A DNA stretch of 64,000 nucleotides from Coniocarpon cinnabarinum (lineage: Eukaryota), in contig JAVECO010000032.1 of NCBI GenBank assembly GCA_051942205.1, positions 62,001 to 126,000 on the forward strand, read 5' to 3'. The stretch's first letter is position 1. Each line of letters starts with the position of its first letter. The notes below the pieces were generated by a model. That model made no database searches. It saw only the letters and a program-made list of their open reading frames with translations, and was not told where the DNA came from. A program made the translations under genes and the position numbers. Shown here in pieces: positions 39,131-52,966 of the stretch.

Positions 39131-41645
39131 ATGTCCAACGGCGTCCACAGCTTTCAGCATAAGTTTCGCATCAGTGGACCTGCAGTAAAGGTGACGAAAC
39201 CCCCCACGCGGACAGCAGTCTCGTGCATCCCCTGTCGGACCAGAAAGTGTGTCCGCCCCCAGGTGCATCGTTGCCCGTCAGTGGCGTCAGTACTAAGACA
39301 GACAGGCTCAAATGCAATCGTGCCCAGCCTTGTGAGAGTTGTGTCTCAAGAAATTGCGAGAGTGACTGTTCGTACTCTGCAAAGCCCATCACCCCTAACC
39401 TGAAGGACAAGGCCAAGACTCAGGAGCGGATTGACCGCTTGGAAGCACTCGTTCTTGACCTTGCCAGACGAACGCCTGATAGTCAGAGTTCGGGCTCAGG
39501 TTCGTCGCCAGAGACGGATGCTGCGCGCGAGTCTTTGACGACCGCCGAGGGTTCCCTGCGAGATGCGACTCAAGACAAGGCCTACGTGGGCGCCACTCAC
39601 TTTAGTGCTATTTTAAATGGAGTACGCCTCTTTTCCATACCCACCAGATCGCAACCAGACCCTTCTGACTCGGTATAGATTGAAGAGATTCGAGCAGATC
39701 TGGATGAAACTCGTGAAGAGAGCGTCTTCCATCCAGGCTCTCGCCCTGCTTCAATTTTTGGCTGTCCTCATCATGATGAACTTAGGTCCATCCTTCAGAC
39801 TTTGCCATCTCGGGGCGAGGCAGATCGACTGGTGCCGACATATTTCAACGCCAAATTTGCAAAGCTCTGTGAGCTTGCCTTCCTTCAGCAGAGGAAAATG
39901 AGCTAACGTGACGGGCAGCATCCCTCCACGGCCCTCAATGGTTTCGAACAGTGAGACACTACCTGGTCGAAGTCTGCTGAGGTGGCCACATTTGCTAATC
40001 TTGACGTACTAGTATGAAATGTTCTGGCGAAATCCTTACTCAGTAGATGTCCTATGGATTGCACAGCTGTTCGCTATCTTGTATCTATCAAAGGGACTGT
40101 TAGCGTTCATCGCTCCACGGAAGCATACCTTTGGCAATCTCGAGCAGGACGAGTACCGCTATCTTGCAGCTTGCACACGATGCATGCATCTCGTCAACTA
40201 CTCGCAGCCAGGACCTTATGTGCTGGAAACCTTGATTTTGTATTCGCAATGCAAGTTCTACCTCGAGCGCAATCCCGGTGGAGAAGTGAGTCAAACACTT
40301 GTGTCTATGAGACTTTCGTAATGTTGACCAGCTCTAGCTGTGGATGCTGATGTCCATGATTTGCTCACTGGCTCTGCGCATGGGCTTGCACCGCGATCCT
40401 TGCCATTTTCCCGAACTATCGGTATTCGAATGCGAGATGCGACGTCGTACTTGGCTCTGTATCCGTCAGTTCGACCTACTCAGTGCTTGGCAATTTGGCC
40501 TACGCACCAATATTCAAAGTGCCTGGACTGACACACAATCGCCACGCAACTTACGTGATGAAGACTTTGATGAAAATACGCAGACCCTGCCGGAATCAAG
40601 AAAGGACACTGATCTTACTGGCCTTTTGTTCGACCTCAGTAAACAAGAGCTGTATGCAGTGATTGAGCGCATTTTGTATGAACAGCTCAAGAGCAAGCAT
40701 ATGCCGGACGATCTTGTCTGGCAGCTCGACAAAGACTTGCGAAAAGCATACGAGAGGATTCCCACCACCCTCAAACTTGGATCGAAGGGAACCGTTCCTC
40801 CGGGAGATGCCCCAGAACATGTTTACATGAAGGTTAAAACATCTTTGCTCTTTAACAAGTCATTGTGTGCCATTCACCGTGCAAATATGAATACGCAAAA
40901 CCCATCTCAGAGAGCGTCCTTGAACATTTGCGTAAGAGCCGCCACCACTTGTCTAGGCAACATGGTCTACGTTTTTGAAGAGAGCGTTGACGGTGGTCGT
41001 CTATCCCGGGATCGCTGGATGAGGACAAGTGTGCATAGTAGTGATTTCTTCTATTCGGCGAGCATATTGTGCTGGCTGTTGGCTGAGAAGCGTAAAAATT
41101 CGAAGGTCGAATGCCCCTTCATTGAAGAGAACAAACAGGAAGTTCTCGGCAATCTCGTGAAAGCGCAGCAGATTTGTGACGAACAAGCGGATGTCTCGAA
41201 AGATGCACGACAAGTATCAAAGGCGCTACGCTTTATCTTGGACAAATCAGGCATGCTGGCCCTGTTTCCTCCACCAAATACAATGTCAACGCCAGCTCCA
41301 AATGTATTGAGGAATACTCTGGGCATGGACGTGAATGGCTATTTTGTAGACAATAGCCAGATGAACGAACAGCAGAACAGCAGCCATCAGTCTGGTGATG
41401 CACAAGCAATGGCCGGCTTACAGTTCGACAGTCTTTTCTCGGAAGGCACAGACAACGTTGATTGGGTAAGCAAACCAGACATTGGCTAGGATAATGTTCA
41501 CGGCTAACCCACTCAGGCCGGCATTGATAAGTTCTTGCAAGATATGCCTCCTGGAGAATTGGACTTTGGAAGTGGCATTGTACCCAGTGAAGAAATTGAC
41601 ACTACGGCTTTCCAGAACCTCAACGTTGGACAACCACCGCTTTGA
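39131..41645 (+). CDS. Zn(II)2Cys6 fungal transcription factor with middle homology region
   Basis: SCIPCRTRK|LKCNRAQPCESCVSRNCESDC across an intron; ALRMGLHRDP..EMRRRTW, PRNLRDEDF; about six introns, last exon ending TGA 41643-41645. Confidence 0.9.
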
Positions 41646-41730
41646 ATGTCTGCAGTGTGGAATCATATTTGCGACCCCATCCTTGCCATGACAAAGTTTG
41701 GCAAATTGACCGCAGGCACTAAGCCCTTGT

Positions 41731-42885
41731 CTAAGTCTTGAACATTTGGCTAAAGTCACCATTCTTCACCTGTTCAGTCCTACATCTTACGATGTCCTGG
41801 ATACTTGGATCCCGCTTTGCGTAATACGCGACCAGCTCATCGAAGAGTCTCTCTTGGACTACATCGCTCTCATCTATGTTCTCAACCCACCTGCCACCCG
41901 CCTTTACCTCGCATTCACTCAAGTATTTCCCGTGGCAATTTGGATCTGCTGATACAATTGCGTGCGCGAGCGTGCGACTACCTACCTCGGATGTACGTCC
42001 GAAGATCTTGAACGCAGCCTTCTGACCTAGACTCTGTCCTGTACTACGGAACAACTCAGTAGCACACCAACCGGGATTGACGTGAGCAATAACGACTCCG
42101 CTCCGAGTGAGTTGCTGAGGTAGCGGCTCCCTCTTTGCCAATTCACGAGTGGCAAGCGTCATCATGAATTTGCTGTTCAGATATGTCGGACCGAAATTGT
42201 TCCGCGATTTGTTTGTCATCGTCTGGAGGATTTGGCCGTCTGGAGCATCCCTGAGTACTGTCCCGTCTGCCAGCATATGGACCATGCTACCCGTGAAAAG
42301 TAATTTGGTGTTCCTGCACGCGCTGTCGCTTTCTCTGCGTAGCTGGGGCAGCATCAAAATTCCCAAGTACATGGTCCCGATCACATTCACGGAGTATGTC
42401 TCCTCAACATCGTCGATCGTCGCAAATTGAGCATTCTCTATGCCAGCATTGCAGAACATAACATCCAGTCTGTCGAGCTCGTTGTATGCTCGCTGCGCAA
42501 AACGCTTCATGCTATCAAAAGACTTCATGTCCACTTGCCAGACTCTAATATCGACAACAACGCCTTCTCGTTGAGCGGTTTTGAGAAGCGCTTCTTTGGC
42601 TCTTTCGCCTTTGCTTAAATTGCGGACACCGAGAACAAGGCGACGTACGTGCAGTCGGACAAGCTTGTGACAGGCGTCGAGTCCTAGGCCGGTGTTGGCG
42701 CCTGTCCTATAGAGACACCGTGTCAGCACCGCATACAAACATAATGAATAAAAAACTACCTACATGATGACGGTCTGACCCTCTAGAGAAGCACTAGCGG
42801 GATCATAGAATGTATCTGGTGGTGTCTGCAGCTGGCGGCCCAGGAAGTTCTTAATCAACTCCCAGAAGTAAATATTTGTGGACAT
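41731..42885 (-). CDS. Short-chain dehydrogenase/reductase (retinol-DH-like)
   Basis: Exon 1 from ATG 42885 (MSTNIYFWE..GQTVIM) spliced to TGANTGLG; NAG, YLNSK (YxxxK), VNPGWCATEL. Confidence 0.9.
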
Positions 42886-43646
42886 GATGGCAGTGCCTAT
42901 AGCTCCACGACGATGTGAAAAATTACGATCAGAAATGAGGCAATGAGATACTATTGCTTATTGACGACACGACTGCGAATTGAAACGACCACGAGATGCA
43001 TGGTCTGCGCTGATTTATGTACTTTGAACTGGTTCCTCTATTCATGTTTCCGCCTGAGCCTATTGCATTCAACTTCAGACTCATTCTCGATCAAGACATT
43101 TACAAAGCCTTCAAAATTCCCACATGTACTCTAGCCCCTCTGCAATCCTTCAAATATCCACCTGCTGCACCGGTGCCAGCAGTCCTAGGGGAAAACGGAG
43201 AAGGACAATTACCGCTTTAGGATAGGGTCCAAGCCGGGAATCACTTCTCTAGGCGGTAGCGCTTCTCCCGTCCGAAGCTTGTCAGGCTGCTAAGGTACTA
43301 TTTGGAAACAGAACCATGACGACAAGATCGTGTGAGTGGTCCTCTGTTGGAGCGTGTCGGTCTTCGTGATACTAAGCAGATGCTAGACGACAAGAAAGGG
43401 AGCACGTGCCTTCGTGTTCTGTCCTCGGCTGGAATGGCACACACTAACACAGACTGGCGCTAGGCTTTGTTTGGATGAGATGACGTCGCATAGCAACCAA
43501 GCTGTGGCTTGCTCCTCCTTGCTTGCACCCGCCCTGCGGCTTACTCTTCTTCTTGCTCTGCACAAACGCCTGCAATCTTCTGATCACAAGTCATACGAAT
43601 CCGTCTGAAAATTTAGTCTGACGTCTTGAATTCACTGAGAATCAAC

Positions 43647-44388
43647 ATGGCAACTCTACACTGTATGTTCATTGCGATTTCCACCCTCTTGCATGAACTT
43701 GAGCCCGAGCACTGATTCCCTGCTACCCTTGCTGTTGCATCATCAACATCAGAGCCGAGCGAGGTTCCCATGAATCAAAGACGCAATCTGGAGGAATTTG
43801 ACGTCTCTGCCGCGTTTCTCGAAGAGTTCTGCAACACCTTTTTGTTGTTCCCATGGCTAACCCCAGCTTACATAGACCTCCCACCTGTCAAGCCCTCCGC
43901 CATTGCCTTGGGCACCGCATTCAACCACGGTGTTTCACTCGCGGTCCTTGCTCCAATCTTTGGCGAGACTTACCGCCGTGCCAAAGCGGCCGACACGAAA
44001 GAGGAGTTCCTCCGCTCCAAAGAGGCCGCCTCTGCCGCTGCGGCGTGGGGCTCTTCGCTCACAGGAAGTGGCTTGCAGGCATATGGCGTGGGTGCGCTGT
44101 TGAATGCGACGGGCACGCTGAGCCAAAAGGGCGCTGCATACTTGGGCGCGTTGGTGTTCTTTGCGAGCTCCGCGCCTTCGGTGAGTCGACGTCCCGTTCT
44201 GCACTGTTCTTGGTTGCGATTAGTGAGCAGCGATGCTGATGGTGAATTTGCAGCTTGTCAGCCAAGTCATTACACAAGATCGCCCCCTTGAGATCACTGC
44301 GATCTCTGCGTTGAGCCGTGTCGTGGAGACTGTTGGTCTCAGCATGGTGATGGCCTGGTGGGGCACCCGAACTGATCCCTTCCACTAA
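43647..44388 (+). CDS. Small conserved fungal membrane protein (DUF1761-like)
   Basis: 16-nt first exon (MATLH), intron 43663-43875, then YLPPVKPSAIALGT..., third exon ending WWGTRTDPFH*; several hydrophobic segments. Confidence 0.75.
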
Positions 44389-44953
44389 ATAACATCCGTA
44401 TGGATGTGGGCAGGACTGGCGCGAAGCTGAAAGGCGCTGGTGATTCGTGAATTGGTGAACGGGAAGTTACTTGATCGCTCAGAATGATACACTAAGCGGC
44501 CGCGGCGCTTGGACCAAGCTCTGAAGCCGGCGTGGCTGGTGGCATGTACAGTTACGTAGATGCAGAAAACTCATGTCTCACAGTGTACGCGTGAGCTTGT
44601 GCGCTTTAACTCGAATAACTTCAGCGTACATGGTCTTTGGATTGTTTGGCTTGGCGCGAGGTCCTTCGGAAGTGACGCAACATGCAGGTACAGGCTCGTC
44701 CTACACGCCTGCATTCCTCGCCCTTTGTTCTCCTCGTTTCCTAGGGATGACTCAGATGTAGATGTAAAAGGCAAGCTGTTTCACTATCCATGCCTTAGCT
44801 CATGTCTATGCCTATGCTTGTGCCTCCGCCTCAGAATCCACGCGTATTTTAGGGACACGTCTTCAATGTTATGAAACTCGGGTTGCTACATCTGGTCTGC
44901 AACATCACAACTTCAACAGTCGTCCATCAAGTGCATTACAACTCGAAAACACA

Positions 44954-46165
44954 ATGGTCAATTTAAAGGACCTCAACCCCTTCGCTTACACGGTCCAGGC
45001 CACCACAGAAATCTCCCAGCTCCGCATATACCCCATCAAGTCATGTCGAGGCATTCCTGTCAAGTCTGCACGATTGACTCGAGTCGGACTCGACCTTGAT
45101 CGACATTGGATGTTTATGCACAAGCAGTTCAAAAAATTCCACACTATCCGTCAAGAGCCCCGGCTTACGCTCATCGACACCGCTCTCGAGTCCTCCGCTG
45201 CCCCCTCTGTCAATGGATCTGAGGATGACCTCGAGCTGGTGATTAGCGTTCGCGATCAGCCCGACAAGCGCGTGCAAATTCCTGCCAGACCATCAAGGGA
45301 TTGGCTGGAAGCTAATTGTACACTCATGTCCGATGTCGAGATTTGGAACGATATTACTGATGGCTGGGTCTATCCTGACAGCATCAACAAGATTTTTTCG
45401 GACTTTCTTGGAGCACCACTCGTGCTGGTCTATAAAGGTCCGACGCCTCGTCTTCTGAGCAGTGGCAGTGCAGCTCCATCTCGGCTTGGGCGGCAAGAAG
45501 CTATCAACTTTTCTGACCAGCTGCCAATCCTCCTCTCGAATGAAAAATCAATGATCGATGTGAATGCTAAGCTAGCAGCGGCAGGAGTCGAGCAAATGAC
45601 CATCGAGCGCTTCCGACCAAACATCGTCATAGCTGGTGACGAAGGCCCCTGCAAGGCGTGGGCGGAAGACAAGTGGTTGCTTGCCCGTATCGTCAATGGA
45701 CCAAGCCCAACAAATCAGTGGGTGAGTCTCGGTCCATCAACGATAGACATCGATGTGGTCTGTCGATGTGGACGGTGCACAATTCCAAACACAAACCCAG
45801 AGACCGGCATATCGTCCAACACTCAACCTTGGGATACGCTCTTTAGGCCTCGAAAAATTGATGATGGCCATAAATTGACGTATTGCTTCGGGATGTTGTG
45901 CTGCCCAAGAAGTGAGGGGGTGGTAGAAGTAGGAATGAAATTGGAAGTGCTGGCAGTCACGAACGAGCATTACTACATCAAGAAGGACAAGAACCCGGAG
46001 GTGGAGCGGAGAAAGAAAGAGCGAGAACCAATAGAGAGAGACGAGCGCATGGCAAAAAGGAACCGAGAGGCGCAGGAGAACGCGCGACTTGGTGAGACAA
46101 AGTCGGATCCTGTGCCAACTCAGACGGAAAACACAACGGCTGAGAAAGGCTCGAGTACCGACTAA
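44954..46165 (+). CDS. MOSC-domain protein (mARC-like)
   Basis: LRIYPIKSCRG, DRHWMF, IERFRPNIVI, CRCGRC motifs; 403 aa single exon. Confidence 0.9.
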   Translation: MVNLKDLNPFAYTVQATTEISQLRIYPIKSCRGIPVKSARLTRVGLDLDRHWMFMHKQFKKFHTIRQEPRLTLIDTALESSAAPSVNGSEDDLELVISVRDQPDKRVQIPARPSRDWLEANCTLMSDVEIWNDITDGWVYPDSINKIFSDFLGAPLVLVYKGPTPRLLSSGSAAPSRLGRQEAINFSDQLPILLSNEKSMIDVNAKLAAAGVEQMTIERFRPNIVIAGDEGPCKAWAEDKWLLARIVNGPSPTNQWVSLGPSTIDIDVVCRCGRCTIPNTNPETGISSNTQPWDTLFRPRKIDDGHKLTYCFGMLCCPRSEGVVEVGMKLEVLAVTNEHYYIKKDKNPEVERRKKEREPIERDERMAKRNREAQENARLGETKSDPVPTQTENTTAEKGSSTD

Positions 46166-47688
46166 GTAGTGCGCGATTTGTGACCCTAGATAACTTTTGA
46201 AGGCACTGAGAATCGTTTGAGACACAGGACTGTTTCTTGTGAAACAATCCAGCCTTGAACGTAAATGAGTGTGTTTTGCTTTGCGTCTCAGATACCTATC
46301 ACATAAATGCGATTGGATTGACGCCAGGCAGTATACATTGCCTTATCTAGAAGCTGTTGACACAGTCATGTGACTCGCCGCGTGCCACGCCGAAACATTA
46401 CACGAGAAATTATACGAAACATTACACTAGTCCTAAAAGAAGGCAGAAGAAGGCACAAGGCATTTCATTTCGTCGCCTGCACCTTCCCATGGTCCACATA
46501 CATATAGAACGCCTGCACCCGCTGTTCTTTTGCTTTTCCCACCAACACACGTCGCTCGACCTCGCCTGTGTCAATGCTGCAGGAGCTGACCCAAACCCTG
46601 CCACTTTCCTTTCCATCAAACCCCCTTCAAGTCCAGTCGCGCCTGTTGTTCTACAATGTCACAATGTCATGTGATGCACATCACTTACTTGAAGATCTTC
46701 ACTCCGGCTTACCTCAGAGAAGAATAATGCCTCATCAATGACAAATACAAGGACCAAGCCTTAAACCCCGCCTTGCGACCCATCCGGCCAAAAGTGCAAC
46801 CGTGGAAAGCCTTTGCCGTGCTTTGGGTTCTACGGCACGCAGCACTGTGATGAAGTGCTTGAGCAAGCCATGAATGGCACCTTGGCGCCAGGACGTCCAG
46901 AGGAACGACCTGGACATGACGCATACGCGATCTCGGCTTTTCTCTTCCGAGTCCGATCTTGATTGCGTCGCGCGGCTGGGGAAACAAACTATCGGCGAAC
47001 CTCTTCCGGATATCATTCGTGCTCACATTGCGACTCCACTTGAAAGCCCGAGCCTCATAGAAGAGAAAAACAACAAAGACCAACATACGAGATGATGTGA
47101 GAGCAGCGTGGGATTTGTCTCAACAACATGGATAATTGGCAGGCATCATCACTCGGAAAAGGACCCAGCACTCTTCCGCGATCCACTGCCCGGCCGAAAG
47201 CTTGCACTCAACATTGACAGCCATTTTCCAAAGTCCTTCTACCGCGCTTCCACCTTCTCCTCTCAACCTTGCGACCTCATCGGCCCGGTCAATGGCCCAA
47301 TCGACCTGGCGTATGTGGAGCCCCATCGGATCCACGCGTCGTCACGTTTACGAATGGCGTGCGTGCAGCAGCCCTTCGCGTCGGGTTTCACGGCTGACGG
47401 CGCGACACTTGCTGGCATTGATTCAATATCTCCTTGCTCTTCCTTTCTTTTCCTTGACGTCTGATCTCTTACACGTCTGCCACTTTTGACATCGCCGTAA
47501 GTCGTGTTGCTTGGGGGCTGGCTCGCTCAGCCCTTCATCGACAAAGCGACCTAGGCGTTGGAAGAGCGCTCGTCGCCAACTCTACTGCACGTTACGTGTC
47601 ATCCTTTCTTCTCATTATCATTGTCGCAAAAAGAGTTTCTTTTCTTTTCCTCTTCCCCTCTTACGATTCATCCTACAGCACCGCCACC

Positions 47689-49492
47689 ATGCCTATCAGC
47701 GACATGTTGAACCGCCGGCATCAAGGCCAGTCCGTGGAAACACCTACGGCTGACAGCGACATCGAAAAGGAACTCGACACCACTGTCTCTTCTTTGGATC
47801 AGTCTCCAGTCACATTCCTCCGTCCGCGCATCCTCGCCATGGCCCTCATTGTCTCCATGGGCGGTCTTATCTTCGGCTATGACACTGGACAGATCAGTGG
47901 CTTTGTCCAGATGCAAGACTTCAAGGATCGCTTCGCAGGACCCAGTGGCAGCTTCTCCAACTGGAAGGAAGGTCTGATAGTCGGACTGGTGCGTACCGGA
48001 ACTTTTCAAATACCTTCGAGCTCCACCATGACTGACGATATGGACAACATAGCTTTCCATTGGTACATTTTTCGGCTCCATCAGCGCCGGTCCCATTGCC
48101 GACATCTTGGGCCGTCGCTGGGCTATTGTCCTATGGAACATCATCTTCTCAATTGGTGTCATTGTCCAAATAGCCACCACCAACACGTGGTATCAGATCG
48201 GTCTCGGTCGTTGGGTGGCTGGCCTCGGCGTTGGCGCCCTATCCGTTATGACTCCCATGTACCAAGCCGAGACGGCACCTCGCCAGATCCGCGGCGCACT
48301 GATCAGTACCTACCAACTCTTCATCACCTTCGGCATCTTCCTCGCATATTGCATTAACTACGGTACCGAAGACCGTCTGAATCCCAGCTCCTGGCGCATC
48401 CCAATGGGCATCGGGTTCATCTTCCCTGTCATCATGGCCTTTGGTATCCTCACCTTGAGAGAAAGCCCGCGATGGGACTACCGCCGCGGAAAGGTCGATG
48501 AAGCGCGCACCACCCTCGCGCTATCCTATGGCAAGTCCGAGAACCACTATGAGGTCGTCCGCGAATTGCGTGAGATCAAAGAGAAATTCGATGCCGAGCA
48601 AAAGGGCAAGCACCCATGGTACGAAATCTTTACAGGGCCCCGTATGGCGTATCGTACCGTATTAGGTATAACGTTACAGTCATTACAACAGCTCACTGGT
48701 GCAAACTTCTATTTTTATTACGGCACGACGGTGTTCAACGGCGTCGGCCTGAATAACCCCTACGTTACCAGCATGATTCTGGGCGGCATCAACTTTGGCT
48801 CTACCTTTCTGGGGCTTTATTTGGTTGACCATTTTGGCCGCCGGAAATGCCTGATTCCAGGCGCTTTTTGGATGTTCATATGTTTCATGATTTTTGCATC
48901 CGTTGGTCACTTCCAATTTCAACCGCGTCAGGACCGGGGCGAACCCACCGGCACTTCCGGCAACGTTATGATCGTTTTCACATGTCTCTTCATTTTTGGA
49001 TATGCGATTACATGGTGAGTGTGCAATTTACTCGGAAAAGCTTCTGGGAACTGTGTATATTGACACATGACGCCTAGGGGTCCCATGATTTGGGCACTGG
49101 TTGGCGAGATCTTCCCGAGCCGCTACCGTGCCAAGAGTATTGGCTTCGCGACGTCTGCCAACTGGACGTGGAATTTTTTGATTTCGTTTTTCACGCCTTA
49201 CATCACGAGTGCGATCGATTATAGATATGGGTACATTTTCGCGGCATGCTGTTTTGCAGCGGCATGGATTGTGTTCTTTTTCGTGCCGGAGAGTCAGGGA
49301 CGCACACTTGAAGAGATCGACACGATGTATGTGCTTGAAGTGCCGCCGTGGAAGAGTAGTGGATGGAAACCGCCGTCGAATGAGCGATTGGGAGATACGG
49401 ATCATGCATACTTGGGAGATGCGGGAAGGGGAATCGTCAAGGAGGATGAAACGGGCATGAAGGAGGAGAAGCTGGAGGATGTGGGCAGATGA
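47689..49492 (+). CDS. Hexose transporter (HXT-like sugar porter)
   Basis: MGGLIFGYDTGQISG, PMYQAETAP, QQLTGANFYFYYG, WGPMIW, PESQGRTLEEID; two introns. Confidence 0.93.
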
Positions 49493-50106
49493 TGGGATGA
49501 AGATGAATACAGCCTCGTTTCGCGAGCGTGGTGGTGCTGTGCAAGGTTGATTATGGTGTCGAAGTGCCAGGTGCGACACCGGATTTGGGCATCGAGTGCG
49601 AGAGGTGGCTTCAAAGTTATGGGTATACGATCTACGGTACTGCTGCTGATACACCACAGAGCCCTCATGGATCTTAGATACATGACCGGTCTTAGCAAAA
49701 CCTACAAGAAGCCGACACCGTGGGACTCAAGCTTGTAGTCATGTGACTGTTACCTATATGTCGGTCTTGGCACCGCTTCCACGAACTGTTTCTTCGTCCA
49801 CAAAACCGGCACCTTTTTTAACACACTTCATTTTGCCTATGCGTTGCTTCAATGCAGTAGCAAGATGCGACAGAACGAGGTGCAAACTGATGGCACCGAT
49901 CAAGACATCTCTACTTCATTCGGTACATAAAAGTGCCAGACATTCTGGCTAGTACCCGCTACCGCTCTGCCACGGATACAGTCACCACTTCCGTACTCGA
50001 GCAATACTCTATGCTGGATGCAGAGCTCGATGCATCGCCGTCGCTCTAGTATTCGACGCAGACACGGGACTTGGAGTAAGTTGCGTGGCCTGTAAGCACA
50101 TCAATA

Positions 50107-51062
50107 TTACGCTCTCGGCTTAGTAGGGATATCCACTGATTGTTCGATACTTACAAGCTCTATGTGGCCCCTCTCGCTCGCTAGATCAGCCGGCAGCTTC
50201 CCCACCGTGTTCCTGATATCATTTCTCGCACCACCATCCAACAAGACTGACACCAGCTCGCTATTGCCGTTCTTAGCCGCCTCATGTAGTGGTGTGCCAA
50301 GGGCAGCTGGCGACTCCGGGTACCAGTCTGGAGGCACGCCGTCATAATCAAGGGCATTCACCGGGGCGCCACGCTCGAGCAGCATTCGCAAGACTTCGGC
50401 TGCGCCTTGCCCGCGAAGGAGCGCGCAGTGCAGGAGGCGCCCACGACGGACATCGCCACCCGCAGCGAACAGCTTCGTAATGGTATGAACTGGAGCTTGG
50501 TATACCGCGCTCGAAAGAACGGAAACGTCAGCATCGTACCCCGCATTGGGAGAGGCATCGTGGGCCAAAAACCAGTCGACCAGCTCGTCGCTGTGAAGAA
50601 CGTAACTGTCGCGTCGTCATTTCTACTCTACAACGTCTGAGAGGGCATGTTGTATCCATACCCAAGAGCTGCTCGTCGCCTGGTTCCTAACGAATGGTTG
50701 ATGTCCCAGCCGTGCTCTAAGAATGCTTGAAACACTGCACTCGAAGGGACCTGAATGGCGTCATGCACCAGGTCGGACTTGGCTCCGCGTGGATACCCAG
50801 AGAGCATATATGACAGCTGAGCTCCGTGACCTCGTCTAACTGATGCGACCAACGCAGGGTAGAGATAACGCGAAAGAGGTCGGTGCTCTTGATCCCGCAT
50901 CTGTGAAGGCCAAGCTGCGAGCTTTCGTTCAAGGCCGTCTGCATCGTCGTGCTGCATGAGGGACTCAAGTGCATGTACGTGATATGAAGTTTGCCGCGTC
51001 TCTTCGTCCGTATCAGCAGTGGGTGCAGCGATGCTGGGTGTAGGGACTTTTGGAAGCATCAT
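50107..51062 (-). CDS. Ankyrin-repeat protein
   Basis: Exon 1 ..FLEHGWDIN..ALG, GT-AG intron (~50609-50660), exon 2 YVLHSDELVDWFLAHDASPN..LLHCAL..LLERGAPVN..GTPLHEAAKNGNSELVSVLLDGGA. Confidence 0.8.
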
Positions 51063-51579
51063 GATGTGTTGGGTCTTGACAGAGCTCACAGCGCTTCTCT
51101 GGGTGGATCAACTATCGACTTTACTGACTGTTCGTGCGTCACGCACTATTTCGGTACGGATCTACGTAGACATTTGTGCGTAGTAGTGTTCTCTCCGCAA
51201 ATATTGTATTCCTTTTGCTCTAGGAGATGTTGCAAGATAGCTGGGTCGCCAGCAAAACGAGGCGTAGCCTTCGCTGTCCTGTATAAGCACGCCGCGTATA
51301 AGCCGCGCAAAAGCTACTTTGCTTTCCTTTCCCTGGTACGTGGGAAAGACACAAATATGGGACTGTAACTGCTTACATAACTACAGCCCCAGGTCTTGAT
51401 ATTAACAATAATTGTACCGCAAATGCTACAGCATGATTGATGTACAATTTGCCTGAATCTTTGAGACTTTGTTGGGACTCATCAGCTTTTCACATGCATA
51501 CACACGAGAGCTAGGTTTACCTAAATACTTACGGGCCGTCAAGGCTGCGTAGCAAACTCCACGAGTGCGCGGACCATCA

Positions 51580-52966
51580 CAGCTTTTACTGCTTCTTAAC
51601 GGCATCCTCGAATGTTTCCTTATTCTCAGACTTTGACGATGCGCGATTATGCTCAAATAGCTTGGAAAGCCCCCCTGGTATATCCGTCGCGGCATCGCTA
51701 GTCGCCGCTTGCTGAGTAAAATGGTCAGATGGTTGTCCGCTCCTTGATGATCCAAAAATTGACAAATCCAGCGCTTGACGCGTGCTGCGTACTAAATCTT
51801 CTTAGCGTGGTTGCTTGCGCTAAGTTTTATTGAGGGACGTATGTGGAGGGCTGACCTCTCGTATCCATTGATGGCAAAGGGCGAAACTCTCCCACATCTG
51901 AAAAACATTTGACGGGCGAGTCCTGATATTGAGGAGCTCTAGCCATCCATTTAATTTTACGACAATCGCATCAATGGCTAGACTCATAGATCTGGCACGT
52001 GGGAAGAAGCAAAAATGGAATCAACATTGGACGCGAAACGTCAAAGCAGTCCGCCGACGGCAATTTCTTTTGTCACAAAGCGAAGTCTATAGGGGTATGC
52101 CAGAGTGACTCACTAATAGGATTCCCACGATTCTATATAGGAAATCAGGGAACTTGAGAATGGTATTCTTATGGTATACGCAGCTGCGACATGGATTGCA
52201 GGAGCTCGACTCTTGAACGCGGTTTCTTGCAGCGATCGCGATTAAGCCATCGGCTGTGTCGGGCAGAAAACCACTCGCTAATCAGATTGTTCGAAGAGGA
52301 CCGCCCTTTTTTATTTCTCGACAAGTTGACCCTGTAATCGAAATCTTTGACACAGTCTTGAAATTTCACGAGAAGAGAGCAACAACTGCGCTGTAGCGTT
52401 TGCGCCGCGATTTCTGGTACCATCCCGTGGTGTCAATATTCTCAATGGCCGGCTCAACTCCAGAGAAGGCTGAGCTGGGCACGTGGCCTCGTTGAGGATA
52501 GGTATCGAGCCATAGCTCAACGAACTCCGTGAAAATACCCTCGGCGCAGAGTGTACAACGCGGTATTAATGTCGCGCCTCATGCTTCGCAGCTCTTTTGA
52601 GAAGCCATAGATGCGCTTTCTTTCCCGTCTCCATGCGTTACGAGTAATCCTCTCTTCGCCTAACTGCTGCGCTTTTGCGGATTTCTCATCGACGAAGGCG
52701 CTTACACGATCAAGTTGCTGGTGAGCTCGCCTGATGTGACTGCGAAGTGTGGAAAGTTGGAATGAATCGTATGCGGGGTCTCGAAGGTGCTCAATGAATT
52801 GTGAAACATGTTGTAGGTCCGCCTGGACTCTGGAGACTTCTTTTACGAGGGCTGAATGTGCTTTTGGCGTCTTCTGTAGTGCTGTCAGGTTGGCTAGACC
52901 TGTTGTGGCTTTTTGTGCTGCATTTAAAGTCGTCAAAATCTCAGTCGACGCGGTGGGCGGATCCAT
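51580..52966 (-). pseudogene. Degenerate gene for a HeLo-like N-terminal domain + Cys-rich linker + ankyrin repeat protein
   Basis: Intact exon 1 (MDPPTASTEIL..AWRRERKRI..ELRSMRRDINTAL). Downstream remnants CRSCVYH..FLYRIVGILLVSHSGIPL*TSLCD / RNCRRRTALTFRVQC*F / SALH|YAA..ICQFLDHQGAD carry stops (52087-89, 52021-23) and frameshifts. Confidence 0.65.
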
